Of a stretch of 64,000 nt of DNA, positions 1 through 10,829 are shown one piece after another. Under the pieces are notes generated by a model that searched no databases, was not told where the DNA came from, and saw only the letters and a list, made by a program, of their open reading frames with translations. The translations under genes and the position numbers were made by a program. Origin of the DNA: Myxococcota bacterium (lineage in GTDB: Bacteria; Myxococcota_A; SURF-8); assembly GCA_963674735.2 (NCBI GenBank), contig CAXXQS010000002.1, positions 704,001 through 768,000 on the forward strand, in the 5' to 3' direction. Within the stretch, counting starts at the first letter, position 1; the number at the start of each line of letters is the position of its first letter.

Positions 1-447
1 GAACTGGTTCTGCCGATCATCGACGAATTGCTGCTGCGCGGCGAAGCGTTCTACGGCCAGAGCCTGAAGGACGTCATGGGCGGCCTCGGACAGGACATCA
101 ACACCTACACCGGCGAAGAAATCAAAGGCATGGGCGGTTGGGCCGAGCTGTACGGCAAACCCTTCGGCCTGTGGCACCTCGCACTGGGCTTCGCCATCGA
201 CACCCCCGACGACGGCACCATGGACGTCGGCAGCGCCGCCGCCCTCGAAGCCTTGCGCTTCAGCCACTGGTCGGTTTACTTCAGCAACATGTTCAACTTC
301 GGTTCCGGCTTCGGCGCGCGCCTGGGCTACACCTACATGCGCACCGAGTACCGCATCGCCAAGGACGCCACCTACGCCACCACGGATTACATCAAAGAAA
401 ACGCCAACAACCACCGCGTGAACGTGGCCATGTTCTACAAGTTCTAA
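1..447 (+). CDS. C-terminal part of an outer-membrane beta-barrel porin (possibly DcaP-like); 5' end outside the window
   Basis: Frame open from base 1; alternating amphipathic strands (GGWAELYG, GARLGYTYMRTEY); ends in YKF, a typical C-terminal aromatic beta-signal. Confidence 0.6.
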   Translation, partial: ELVLPIIDELLLRGEAFYGQSLKDVMGGLGQDINTYTGEEIKGMGGWAELYGKPFGLWHLALGFAIDTPDDGTMDVGSAAALEALRFSHWSVYFSNMFNFGSGFGARLGYTYMRTEYRIAKDATYATTDYIKENANNHRVNVAMFYKF

Positions 448-469
448 GCCCCGCACTCGTTTCGATTCG

Positions 470-502
470 GCCCCCGGCATCCCCCGATGTCGGGGGCTTT
501 TT
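470..502 (+). terminator. Rho-independent terminator
   Basis: GCCCCCGGCATC-CCCC-GATGTCGGGGGC hairpin followed by TTTTT, just after the porin stop. Confidence 0.85.
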
Positions 503-532
503 CGTTGAAACGCATCCCGTTTGCTGTAATTC

Positions 533-562
533 TTGACAGCCCGACCCAACTCTCTGTATGGT
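533..562 (+). promoter_or_regulatory. Putative sigma70 promoter
   Basis: TTGACA-18 nt-TATGGT about 40 nt upstream of ATG 603. Confidence 0.45.
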
Positions 563-602
563 TGGCGACTGAAAGATCGGAAGTCGTTTATCGGAGTTCA
601 TC

Positions 603-1595
603 ATGACCCATCGTCGAATCGGTGAAATCGTCCCATTAATCTTCCTCACCCTCTTTGCCCTCAGCGCCTGCTCGGCGGATGACACGGAAACACCGGACGA
701 CGGTTGCAGCTCCGACTCCGACTGTAACGGCGGGGAACTGTGCGTGTGGGGCACCTGCCATCCCTTCTGCACGTCGGACGACGACTGCGAGGACGACCTG
801 ACATGCCACTCCAAAGGCGTGTGCGCCGAATGCGCCGGGCATGACGACTGCGCCGACGGCGAAGCCTGTTCCCAAGGCACCTGCACCCCGCTCACGGACG
901 GCGACGACCCCGATGGCGACAATCCCGACATCAGCCTGTGCGAACAAACCACCGACTGTCCCGGCGGCTACATCTGCAATGGCGGTCTGTGCATTCCGCT
1001 TTGCACCAGCGACCGGGATTGTCCCGAGGCCTTCCCCATCTGTCATCCCGACCATTACTGTGCCGAGTGCCTGCGCGACGTCGACTGCAGCGCGAACGCC
1101 ATCTGCCAGAAAGATTTCTGTGTCGAACGGAGCGCTTGCGAAGAAACCTGCGACGGTGAAAACGGCTTGTATTGCGACGAGGAAGAAGGCGAATGCGTGT
1201 TGGTCGTCTGCCTCGCCTGCGATGCCGAGGATGATTGTCCGAGCGGAGATGTCTGCGCCGCTTCCGACATGGCCGACGGGCACCGCATCTGCTTGCCCAC
1301 CGGCACCTGCCCGGACGGCACCGCTCGCCAATTCGACGGCTACTGCCACCCGCTGGCAACCTGTCAGGATCTGGCTTACGCCACGCTCGCGAATAGCTGC
1401 CGCAATCCTTCCGATCAGACCTTGCCCCCCTGCGGGGACGACCTGGTCTGCCTGTACAACCCCAGTGGCACCTCGTTTTGCAGCCAAACCTGCAGCGACT
1501 TCGAAAGCGACTGTTCCGCCGACTTCCCCGACGGCTGCTGCGCAACGGCGCTCGACGACCAGACCTACTGCCTGACGGCACCCTTCTGCCCGTGA
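603..1595 (+). CDS. Cysteine-rich repeat lipoprotein
   Basis: Lipobox LSAC; about 7 modules of the type C-x2-D-x-D-C-x5-C-x3/5-C; DGDDPDGD acidic linker. Confidence 0.85.
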   Translation: MTHRRIGEIVPLIFLTLFALSACSADDTETPDDGCSSDSDCNGGELCVWGTCHPFCTSDDDCEDDLTCHSKGVCAECAGHDDCADGEACSQGTCTPLTDGDDPDGDNPDISLCEQTTDCPGGYICNGGLCIPLCTSDRDCPEAFPICHPDHYCAECLRDVDCSANAICQKDFCVERSACEETCDGENGLYCDEEEGECVLVVCLACDAEDDCPSGDVCAASDMADGHRICLPTGTCPDGTARQFDGYCHPLATCQDLAYATLANSCRNPSDQTLPPCGDDLVCLYNPSGTSFCSQTCSDFESDCSADFPDGCCATALDDQTYCLTAPFCP

Positions 1596-1746
1596 AATCA
1601 TACACAACAAAAACTGATGCTTAACTTGCCGTATAATGCGGAATGGTGCATCGTGAGCATGAGCTCGAATTCCGAATGCGAGTAATGGCAACGAGAATTT
1701 GACAGGTTGCGATCACACATATTTGATAAAAATGTAGGAGCTTGTC

Positions 1747-2247
1747 ATGAAACAGATCGCGGGTTTTCTCCTTCTCATGCTGGTCGTGCTGGGTGCTTCG
1801 GCCTGCGGCGACGACGGCAAAACGGACGGAAACGCTCGCTGCATCGAGACTTACGCGGTTGACAAAGGCTACGGCCATGAGGAGATCATCCCGGACGCCT
1901 ACGCATTCCTTCAACGCCCCTGCGACGATTCGAATACCGATACGGTTTGCACCATGGAAGACCTGCGGGCCCTCTGCCGAGCGGACGGCGGAGCGGATTG
2001 CGACGGCGAATTCATCTCTTCGGAGGCGGCGGCCTGCATCGCCGCCCTGAAAGGGGTGGAAGCGGTGGAGGGCGGTTACTACCGGCTCATGCTGGATTAC
2101 CCGGAGAAGGAAAAAACGCTCGTCTGGAGCGCCGGTCTTGTCACTTTTAGCGAAAAAGACTCCACCATGCATGAAACCGAGGTGCGCCTGCACGCCGTCT
2201 CGGGGAACTTCATCGGTCTAACCGACAGCCTCAGCACCATGGACTGA
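1747..2247 (+). CDS. Hypothetical lipoprotein
   Basis: AGGAG RBS; hydrophobic signal ending in ASAC-GDD. Confidence 0.75.
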   Translation: MKQIAGFLLLMLVVLGASACGDDGKTDGNARCIETYAVDKGYGHEEIIPDAYAFLQRPCDDSNTDTVCTMEDLRALCRADGGADCDGEFISSEAAACIAALKGVEAVEGGYYRLMLDYPEKEKTLVWSAGLVTFSEKDSTMHETEVRLHAVSGNFIGLTDSLSTMD

Positions 2248-2433
2248 TCCCCGACGACGCACCATCGAAAACGCCTGTCAAACACCCCCCTTCCGCCCGT
2301 AATTCCAAAGCTCGCCCGGGCTTGGAGGCTTCGAAAAGCTCTTTACATTCCGTAAGTGGAAATGGTAGAGTTAATCGTTTGTTTCTACTGGACTTTCAAG
2401 ACAATTTGAGTTTCAGTGAGGGGATCTTGCGAC

Positions 2434-5400
2434 ATGAAGACGGTGGACGACGGGATTGAAATCGATGAGATGGATCAGAGTGACGTTCCGGAAACATTGA
2501 CCGGCGAAACATCCATCGAACAGGCGACAGGCGCGGAAGCTTCAAGCGAGACAGAAAACGACCGACCACTCGAAGAAGCCGCAACGGAAACGGACGTGGA
2601 ATCCCAGGCGAACGCAGCCGCCGAGGCGGGAGATGAAACCCCGCCTCCCGATATGGACGCCGCAGACCCCACCGAAGCGGTACCAAACGAAGACGATGAA
2701 GACGACGTATGGGGTCGGATTCTCGCCCAACTCGAACAGGAACTCGCTCAAACAGACACTCCCGAACAACAAGCGGCCCTGCATCACCACCTCGGCACCA
2801 TCCTCGACCAGCAGCTCGGCCAAACCGAACGCGCCATCCTGCATTTTCAGCAGGCCTATGCCGCCGATCCCACGCATCAGCCTACCCTGAAAGCCGCAAC
2901 GCGTCTGTTCCGCGAAATCGGTCAGTGGGACATGGTCATCGAACTACTCGAAGCCCAGGAAGAAAGCACCCTGACCGATTCGGAACGTGTGGATCTCTTG
3001 ATGGAGCAAGCTTCGATCGATTTCGCCCACCTCGACAAAGCCGATGTCGCCATCGACCGACTGAATACCGTCTTGGAAATCGATCCGACAAACTATACGG
3101 CATTGAAACTGCTGGAAAAATTCCTCGTCATCCGCGACGACAAGGAAGCCTTGACCGCCTTTTACAATCGCTACATCTACGATGCCAACTTCGCGGCGTT
3201 TCACTTGCCCATGCTGCTGAACCTGGCGCAAGTTCTGGAAGAATCGACAGACCGCCAGCCTGAAGCCATCCCGATCTACCAGAAAATCATCGAGCTGGAC
3301 CCGAAAAACCGTCTGGCCATCAGCGCCCTCAAACGGCTGCTCATGCGCCACAAGCGCTGGGACGATCTGTCGGAAGTCTACCGCCACGAGGAAGACATCA
3401 CCGAGGAACCGAAGCGTAAAGCGCTTATCCAATACCTCCAGGCTCGCCTGTGCGCCGATCGTCTAAACGACCGCGAGAGAGCCGAAGCGCATATCCGCCG
3501 CGCGCTCGAAATCGATCCCGACAACATCATGCTGTGGGACGAGCTCGAAACCGTCAACGAGGCACGCCGCGACTGGCCCGCGTTGGCCGACGTACACGAA
3601 CGACAATACGAGTTGGCGATCAACCCGGAAAAGAAACTCGACATCGCCTTCAAGCTGGGAGCGCTCTACCAAGAACGCCTGGAAGACTATGAGCAGGCGG
3701 CCGACTGGTACGAAAAGGCTCTCGAAGCCAAAATGGATTACCTGCCCGCCCTGCATGTTCTGGGAAAACTCTACGGCCGCGCGGGCGACCACGCCAAGCT
3801 GATCGGCCTGCTCGAAAAAGAAGCCGACTGCATCGACGACATCAAACTCAAGGCAGCCAAATATTTCATGATCGCCGAACAGGCGCAACGATCCCTCGGC
3901 GACCACGAACGGGCGGTCGACGCCTACCGGCGGGTGCTCGAACTGATGCCGGGCTATCTCCCGGCCATCAAAGCCTTGTCCGAATTGTACGGATTTTTGG
4001 GTCGAGTGGACGACTTGATCGCCATGAACGAGTTGCAGCTTTCCCTCAATCCGTCGCTCAACGGCGAACAGTTCGTTTATCTGCTCGAAAAAAACGCCTC
4101 CCTGTGGGAACACAAGGGCGGTATCGACGAAGCCATCGACTGCCGCCGCCGCATCCTCGAACGCCATGCCGGTCACATCAGTTCCATCCAGGCTTTGGGA
4201 CGCCTTTACGCCAAGGCCGAAAAGTGGGAGGAGCTGATCGAGATCAACGAGCGCGAAGGCCAGATCATCAACGACCAACACCGCATTATCGCCCTCGTTC
4301 ACAAAAGCGGCGAGATCTGTGAACAAAAGCTCGACGACGAAGGACGTGCCGTACGTTACTATAAGCGTGTGCTCACCTTGAGCCCGTCGTACCTGCCCAC
4401 CGTCAAGGCCCTAGGCGCCATTTATCAGCGCCAAAGCCGCTGGGACGAACTCATCACCTTGTATCATCGCGAGCTGGAATCCGTCGGAGAAGGGGAACAG
4501 GCCATCAGCATCCGCTTCAAAGTGGCTCAGATCTACGACGAAGAACTGGATAACGCCCATCGCGCCGAAACCCATTACCGCAAGATTCTGGACGACGACC
4601 CGGATTTCACCCCCGCCCTGCATGCTCTGACCAAGCTCTACCAGCGCGAGAACAATCACGCCGCCCGGGTCGAGTTGTACGAAGCCCAGGCGGAGAAAAG
4701 CACGGAATCATCGTCACGGCTGCTGGCACTCTATAAAGTTGCCGAGTTGTACGAAACCGGCCTGGTGGATATGGGCAAGGCCGAATCCACCTACCGGCGC
4801 ATCCTCGACATCGACCCAAATAATCTTCCGGCGCGACGCGGCTTGTTCCGCACCTATGCCATGGCGGACGAACGCGAAAAGCAGCTCGACCTGCTCAACC
4901 AGGAGATCGACGCTGAAACCGAACCCGAGCGGCAATTGCCGCTTCTGATCGACGCAGCACACCTGTACAACGAAATGGGCGGCAACCCCGACGAAGCGGT
5001 CAAGCTGTTCCTCCGTATCCTCGACATCGAACCGGCCAACGACATGGCCTTCCAGCAATTGGAACGCCTCTACCGCCAACAACGCCGTTTCGAGGAATTG
5101 GCCGACCTGTATGAAGCGCACTTGTCCCGCATCGAGTCGGACGACGACAAAATGCCGCTTCTACGCATGCTGATCGACGTACTGGAAAACCATCTGGGCG
5201 ACTTCGATCGTCTTTTGGCCGTTTACCGCGAGTTTCTGCGTATCGAACCGCTCGACAGCACCGCGCTCGACTTCTTCGAAGAAGTCTATGCCCGCGAACA
5301 TCAGTGGGATGCGCTTCTGGATGTCTACGACCGCATGCGGCAGATCAGCGAAGACAAAACCCAGTTGCTGCACCTCTATCTGGTTTCCGGCCAGATCCTG

Positions 5401-7656
5401 GAACTCGAATTGAAGCGTTACGAAGAAGCCCTGAAACGCTATGAAAGTGCCCTGGAATTGGAACCGGAATCGTTTTTGGCCACCGAAGGAGCCAAGCGAG
5501 TCTATGCTCGCCTCGAACACTGGTCGGCTTTGAGCGATCTGCTCGAAAAAAACCTGGAAAACGCGGCGTCCACCTCCACTTACATCGTAACGGCCTACCA
5601 CCTGGCTTTTCTCAAAGAAGGCAAGTTCGGACGTCTGGACGAAGCCCGGCAGTTGTATGTCAAGGTGCTGGATCTCGATCCCGCCCACAAAGACGCCTAT
5701 CGCCGCGCGAAAAAATTGCTTACCCAGGAAAAAGATTTCCAAACCCTGGTGCAAATCCAGGAAAAGCGACTTGGATCCCTGGAAAACGACGACGAACGCC
5801 TCGATCTGCACCGACAAATCGCCGAAGTGGCGGAAAACCAGCTCTCCGATCTGCCGCTGGCCATTCATCACCGCCGTACCATCGTCGAAAAGTCGGCCGA
5901 CGATGTCGCCGCCAAGCGCCACCTGGCCGATCTTTTAGCGAAGAACGCCGAGTGGGAAGAGGCGATTGCGCTGTATGAAGAATTGGCTCCCAAGCTCGAC
6001 GATGCCGAGGATCTGCGCAGTCTGCATTTCGAAATGGGCCACATCTACCAGAAAGAATTGGGCAACCATTCCCGAGCGGTCTCGGCCTTCGAAACCGTTC
6101 TGGCTTACGAGCCCGACGACCTTCAAGCCATGGAACGCCTGGGCGATTTGTACAAGGAATTGCACCTGTCGGAAGAAGCCTGCGAAATTCTGCAGAAATT
6201 GCTGGCCCATGAACTCCCCAAAGAAAAAGCGATCCGCTACAACCTCACGATCGGTGAGATCCTACTCGACCAGATGAGCCAGGAAGAAGAAGCCCTGCCA
6301 TACTTCGACCGTGCCCTGGAACTCGATCCGTCCCACCCCGCCACGGTCGATCTGCTGTCGGCTCTGTTCGAACGGCTGGGACGCTGGGAGCGTCTGGTCG
6401 AACTGTACGAGCAGAATATCGATCGACTCGACCCGAACGCCATCGACCAGCGCACCGGTCTGATGCTGGGCCTCAGCCGGATCTACGTCGATAAGATCGG
6501 GGACGTGGAAAAAGCGCTGGCCAAACTGGAAACGGCCCACCGCCTCGACCACAGCAACACCGACATTCAAGCTGCCCAAGCTCGCGTTATGGGCATGAAC
6601 GCGCTCTATTATCTCGACGCGATCGATAAACACCACCAGCTTCTGCGCGAGAACCCCTTCCGCGTGGAAAGCTACCGGGAACTGTCACGCATCTACACCG
6701 AACGCAACGAACAAGACAAAGCCTTTTGCAGCCTCTCGGCGCTCGATTTCCTCAAAGCCCTCACCCAAGACGAGGCCGAGGATCTCTACAGCCTGCGCGA
6801 CCGCGTCCCCGGCGGCATCGCCGCCGTCATTCCCGAACGCGAGCAGGAACGCCTGTTGGTGCACCCAGCCGAACGCGGACTGCTGCGCGACATTTTCCGG
6901 CGTATCGAACCGGCGCTCTACAAACTCGAACCGGTGGATATGAGTCCCTACGATCTACCCAATTGCAAGGTGGCGGGCGTAAATTCGTCCATCTATCACC
7001 TCATGGAGAACGCCGCGTACCAACTGGGTGTCGATCTCTTCAAAATTTACATCAGCCAGAAGCAACCCGATCTGCTGGGAGTGGAGAACACCAAGCCGCC
7101 GACCATCGTCATGGGCGGCAACCTGGCTTTTGCAAAAGAGGGCATCAAGCGTTTTCTGGCGGGTATGGTGGTCAGCCGCATCGCCAACGGCCACGTGCAG
7201 TTCGTCGATATGCCATCCGACCGGTTACGCTACTGGGCGGAACTGACCGGTCACCTTTACATCCCGGAAATCCCAGTCCATAGTCCGGACGCACCCGACG
7301 GCGTGGAGAAATGGGCCGCACGCCTGAACCGCGCCATCCCAAAACCGGCCCGTAAGAATCTCGAAGAGTCCGCCCGCCAGATGGTCAAGCAGGAAACCCC
7401 GCTGGATTACGACGCTTTCAAGCTTGCCATGCGCCATAGCGACAATCGCATGGGACTCCTTTTGGCCGGCGATCTAACCGCTTCCGCCGAGAGTCTGGTC
7501 TATCTCGACAGCCATGAGCCTTATCGTACCGGAGCGAAGACTTGCGACGTGGTCGAAGCTTTCAGCTCCAACGACCAAATCAAGGAACTGCTGCTGTTCA
7601 GCGTATCGGAAGAGTATTTCGAACTGCGCCGCATGGTGCATTTGAACGTGGAGTAA
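2434..7656 (+). CDS. Very large TPR-repeat protein with acidic N-terminus and a degenerate M48-peptidase-like C-terminal domain (resembles myxobacterial gliding-associated TPR proteins)
   Basis: Dozens of TPR-type motifs (A..Y..ILELDP.N..A..AL..LY); C-terminal FLAGMVVSRIANGH ... DNRMGLLLAGDL. Confidence 0.85.
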   Translation: MKTVDDGIEIDEMDQSDVPETLTGETSIEQATGAEASSETENDRPLEEAATETDVESQANAAAEAGDETPPPDMDAADPTEAVPNEDDEDDVWGRILAQLEQELAQTDTPEQQAALHHHLGTILDQQLGQTERAILHFQQAYAADPTHQPTLKAATRLFREIGQWDMVIELLEAQEESTLTDSERVDLLMEQASIDFAHLDKADVAIDRLNTVLEIDPTNYTALKLLEKFLVIRDDKEALTAFYNRYIYDANFAAFHLPMLLNLAQVLEESTDRQPEAIPIYQKIIELDPKNRLAISALKRLLMRHKRWDDLSEVYRHEEDITEEPKRKALIQYLQARLCADRLNDRERAEAHIRRALEIDPDNIMLWDELETVNEARRDWPALADVHERQYELAINPEKKLDIAFKLGALYQERLEDYEQAADWYEKALEAKMDYLPALHVLGKLYGRAGDHAKLIGLLEKEADCIDDIKLKAAKYFMIAEQAQRSLGDHERAVDAYRRVLELMPGYLPAIKALSELYGFLGRVDDLIAMNELQLSLNPSLNGEQFVYLLEKNASLWEHKGGIDEAIDCRRRILERHAGHISSIQALGRLYAKAEKWEELIEINEREGQIINDQHRIIALVHKSGEICEQKLDDEGRAVRYYKRVLTLSPSYLPTVKALGAIYQRQSRWDELITLYHRELESVGEGEQAISIRFKVAQIYDEELDNAHRAETHYRKILDDDPDFTPALHALTKLYQRENNHAARVELYEAQAEKSTESSSRLLALYKVAELYETGLVDMGKAESTYRRILDIDPNNLPARRGLFRTYAMADEREKQLDLLNQEIDAETEPERQLPLLIDAAHLYNEMGGNPDEAVKLFLRILDIEPANDMAFQQLERLYRQQRRFEELADLYEAHLSRIESDDDKMPLLRMLIDVLENHLGDFDRLLAVYREFLRIEPLDSTALDFFEEVYAREHQWDALLDVYDRMRQISEDKTQLLHLYLVSGQILELELKRYEEALKRYESALELEPESFLATEGAKRVYARLEHWSALSDLLEKNLENAASTSTYIVTAYHLAFLKEGKFGRLDEARQLYVKVLDLDPAHKDAYRRAKKLLTQEKDFQTLVQIQEKRLGSLENDDERLDLHRQIAEVAENQLSDLPLAIHHRRTIVEKSADDVAAKRHLADLLAKNAEWEEAIALYEELAPKLDDAEDLRSLHFEMGHIYQKELGNHSRAVSAFETVLAYEPDDLQAMERLGDLYKELHLSEEACEILQKLLAHELPKEKAIRYNLTIGEILLDQMSQEEEALPYFDRALELDPSHPATVDLLSALFERLGRWERLVELYEQNIDRLDPNAIDQRTGLMLGLSRIYVDKIGDVEKALAKLETAHRLDHSNTDIQAAQARVMGMNALYYLDAIDKHHQLLRENPFRVESYRELSRIYTERNEQDKAFCSLSALDFLKALTQDEAEDLYSLRDRVPGGIAAVIPEREQERLLVHPAERGLLRDIFRRIEPALYKLEPVDMSPYDLPNCKVAGVNSSIYHLMENAAYQLGVDLFKIYISQKQPDLLGVENTKPPTIVMGGNLAFAKEGIKRFLAGMVVSRIANGHVQFVDMPSDRLRYWAELTGHLYIPEIPVHSPDAPDGVEKWAARLNRAIPKPARKNLEESARQMVKQETPLDYDAFKLAMRHSDNRMGLLLAGDLTASAESLVYLDSHEPYRTGAKTCDVVEAFSSNDQIKELLLFSVSEEYFELRRMVHLNVE

Positions 7657-7678
7657 CCCACACTCGAAGGGGGACGCG

Positions 7679-8470
7679 ATGGATCTCGGAATTCGCAATA
7701 AAACCGCCATTGTCTGTGCCGCCAGCCGGGGGCTGGGTTTGGCCGTTGCCACCCGCTTGGCCAAGGAAGGCGCCAAAGTCGCCATTTGCGCTCGCAATAT
7801 GGAGGCGTTGAACGAGGCTGTCGAACAAATCAATCCGGTAGCCGAAAACGACGTTTTCGCCTATCCCTGCGATGTCACCGACCCGCAACAGATCGATGCT
7901 TTTCATGACGCCGTGGTGGAAAATCTTGGAACGGTAGACATTCTGGTCACCAACGCCGGAGGACCGCCGCCGGGAACCTTCCAGAACGTCACGTCCGAGC
8001 AATGGCAGGCCGGTTTCGACTTGACGCTGATGAGCGCCGTTCATTTCATTCACCGCGTCCTACCTGCTATGCAAGAAAACGGCTGGGGCCGTATCCTGGC
8101 CATGACTTCCATTTCGGCCCGCCAACCGCTCCCCAACATGATCCTTTCCAATGCCATCCGGGCAAGCGTGATCGGAGCCATGAAAACGTTGGCCGACGAA
8201 GTGGCAGGCCGCGGCATCAACGTCAACAGCCTGTGTCCGGGCTTCATTCTGACCAGCCGCATGGAAGAAGTGGTACGCGCCCAGGCCGAGCAGGGCGGAA
8301 CCGATTATGACACACGGCTCAAGCAGGTGGAAGCCTCGATCCCGGTCGGACGATTGGGTAAGCCGGAAGAATTCGCGGACATGGCGGCCTTTCTCGTTTC
8401 CGAGCGGGCATCGTTCGTTACCGGAAGCACCGTTCTGGTAGACGGCGGCATGTATCGCGGCTTGATGTAG
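7679..8470 (+). CDS. Short-chain dehydrogenase/reductase (SDR, FabG-like)
   Basis: MDLGI..KTAIVCAASRGLG, NAGGPPPG, SxxxR-type atypical catalytic motif (LSNAIRA), PVGRLGKPEE, VDGG. Confidence 0.9.
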   Translation: MDLGIRNKTAIVCAASRGLGLAVATRLAKEGAKVAICARNMEALNEAVEQINPVAENDVFAYPCDVTDPQQIDAFHDAVVENLGTVDILVTNAGGPPPGTFQNVTSEQWQAGFDLTLMSAVHFIHRVLPAMQENGWGRILAMTSISARQPLPNMILSNAIRASVIGAMKTLADEVAGRGINVNSLCPGFILTSRMEEVVRAQAEQGGTDYDTRLKQVEASIPVGRLGKPEEFADMAAFLVSERASFVTGSTVLVDGGMYRGLM

Positions 8471-8493
8471 CCCATCCGCAACAGGAAGCAACC

Positions 8494-9114
8494 ATGCAGA
8501 ATCACAGACTCATACCGATCATTACCGGACTGACGGTCCTCTTTCTGATGCTCGCAGCTTGCGAGGACGATGCCAAGCTGAAATTGATTTACGAAAACGA
8601 CTTCGAGTCGGGCGTGATCGGACCGGAATGGAAAAACGAGGGCGGCGACTGGCAGATCGTCAAGGGCACCTTGCGTTCGCGCCGCGCCTTGAACAAGGAT
8701 CTGGTGCTGAACACGCCTTTACCGGCCGAAGCGGTGATTCAACTGGACCTTATCTCCCATTCCCCCCATGTCGACATCAAGGTCCGCGCCTGGGGCGATA
8801 GTCGCGGAGATCTGCACGACGGTGCCTATCACTTCATTTTGGGCGGCTGGCACAACAAATATTCCATTATCGCGCCACAAGGGGAGCACGACAAACGCCG
8901 CATCTCACGCAGCGATCCGATGAAGCCGAACCACTGGTACAAGGTGAAAATCACGCGCCGAGCGGGTATGATCAAACTCTTTGTGGATGGAAAGAAATTC
9001 CTGAGCTATTCCGACACTGAGCCGCTCGACCCGGCCATTTTCCGGCACTTCAGTTTCGCCAACTGGGAAACCCCCTGTGAATTCGATAACCTGAAGATCT
9101 TCGCCTACGAATAA
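8494..9114 (+). CDS. Lipoprotein with ConA-like/jelly-roll (DUF1080-like) domain
   Basis: Lipobox LAAC; YENDFES, W.I..G.L, WYKVKITR..G.IKLFVDGK, FDNLKI. Confidence 0.7.
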   Translation: MQNHRLIPIITGLTVLFLMLAACEDDAKLKLIYENDFESGVIGPEWKNEGGDWQIVKGTLRSRRALNKDLVLNTPLPAEAVIQLDLISHSPHVDIKVRAWGDSRGDLHDGAYHFILGGWHNKYSIIAPQGEHDKRRISRSDPMKPNHWYKVKITRRAGMIKLFVDGKKFLSYSDTEPLDPAIFRHFSFANWETPCEFDNLKIFAYE

Positions 9115-9218
9115 GCCAAGCTCTCCGATAAGACAAAGACTCCTCCGCCTTTCGAAGAACATCCGAAGCTTTCAATCGGGGAATAGCGGTGGTGAATACC
9201 TAGAACAGGCTGAAATCG

Positions 9219-10451
9219 CTACAAATTTTCGACAATCGCCGCAGCGAATTCCGAACATTTCAACAAGGTGGCACCCTGCATCTGGCGTTCCAGGTCGTAG
9301 GTCACGCGCTTCTGGCTGATGGTTGTGGCGATTCCGTCGTAAATCAGGCGCGCCGCCTCGTCCCAGCTCATGAATTCCAACATCATCGCCGCCGAGAGAA
9401 GCAGCGAGGAGGGATTCACCATATCCAAACCGGCATACTTGGGAGCGGTTCCGTGGGTCGCCTCGAACAATCCCATTCCGATACTGGTATTGGCCCCCGG
9501 AGCCATGCCGAGTCCGCCCACCTGGGCGGCACAGGCATCGGAGAGGTAGTCGCCGTTGAGGTTGGAGGTAACAATAGCGCTGTATTCCTTGGGGCGCAGC
9601 AAAATCTGCTGGAACATCGCATCGGCGATGCGGTCTTTGATCAACAATCGTCCTTCGGTCGGGTGGCCTTCCCATTGCTCGGCCTCGGTCACGATCCGAT
9701 CACGGTAATTTTTTTTGTAGTAAGCATACACCCAGTCGCGAAAGGCCCCCTCGGTGTATTTCATGATGTTGCCCTTGTGCACGATCGTGATGGAGGGCAG
9801 ATTTTTGGCCAACGCATGACGGATGGCGGTTTCGGCGATGCGTTCGGTCGCTCCTTGCGACATCGGTTTGATGCCGATACCCGAATCGGGACGAAGCACC
9901 TTCCCGTGCGTATCGCGCACCAATTCGATAAAACGCCGGGCTTCGTCGGAACCCGCGCGAAATTCAATTCCCAGATAGGTATCTTCCGTATTCTCGCGGA
10001 AAATCACCACATCCAGATCCTGTTGGTTTTTCACCGGCGAAGGAACACCTTCAAACCAGCGCACCGGACGCACGCAGGCAAAGAGATCCAATTCCTGGCG
10101 CAACGCAACGTTGAGCGAGCGAATCCCGCCGCCCACCGGGGTGGTCATGGGGCCTTTGATGGCCACCCGATATTCACGAATGGCTTCGATGGTTTCCTTC
10201 GGCAACCACTCCCCCAACTCTTTGTACGCTTTCTCGCCTGCAGGGATGTTCCACCAATGAATGCGACGTTCCCCGCCATAGGCCTTCGCAACCGCGCCAT
10301 CCACCACCAAACGCATGGCCGGGGTAATATCCACACCCGTCCCGTCTCCTTCGATAAAGGGAATGATCGGATCGTTTGGGACAATCAACTCACCGTTGAT
10401 AAAATCTATTTTCCGACCACCGATCGGCGGGGACAGTCTTCCGTAATCCAT
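9219..10451 (-). CDS. icd: NADP-dependent isocitrate dehydrogenase
   Basis: [69 protein letters not shown]; GGAGG RBS. Confidence 0.97.
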   Translation of the reverse strand: MDYGRLSPPIGGRKIDFINGELIVPNDPIIPFIEGDGTGVDITPAMRLVVDGAVAKAYGGERRIHWWNIPAGEKAYKELGEWLPKETIEAIREYRVAIKGPMTTPVGGGIRSLNVALRQELDLFACVRPVRWFEGVPSPVKNQQDLDVVIFRENTEDTYLGIEFRAGSDEARRFIELVRDTHGKVLRPDSGIGIKPMSQGATERIAETAIRHALAKNLPSITIVHKGNIMKYTEGAFRDWVYAYYKKNYRDRIVTEAEQWEGHPTEGRLLIKDRIADAMFQQILLRPKEYSAIVTSNLNGDYLSDACAAQVGGLGMAPGANTSIGMGLFEATHGTAPKYAGLDMVNPSSLLLSAAMMLEFMSWDEAARLIYDGIATTISQKRVTYDLERQMQGATLLKCSEFAAAIVENL

Positions 10452-10829
10452 CTAAGGCCTCCTTGCGAACGGTACACCCCCCGAACAAGCTGAATCACTC
10501 CTTAGAGATAAGGGAGAGAAACGGGCGAACAATATTCCGCCCCATTTGCCGGTCGCGAAGTTCCAATGTTATACTCGTTTATTGTTTACCAAATGCAAGG
10601 GGTTCCAATCAAGGAAAAGCGTGGTATTTCCGAATTCTTCATTAATTTCAGGGAATTTTAGTTCCGCTTTGAAAATCTTACCCACGAAGAATGAATTCGC
10701 GGCGCATTCGGGGAGACTCGAACGGCCTGTCACCCATCACCGATTGCATCATCTTGACGACCAGGCATAACCCGCCGCTATGTGGATTAGAGGCGTATGG
10801 ACGGATCTATTGAAAAAGGGAGCGATTCT

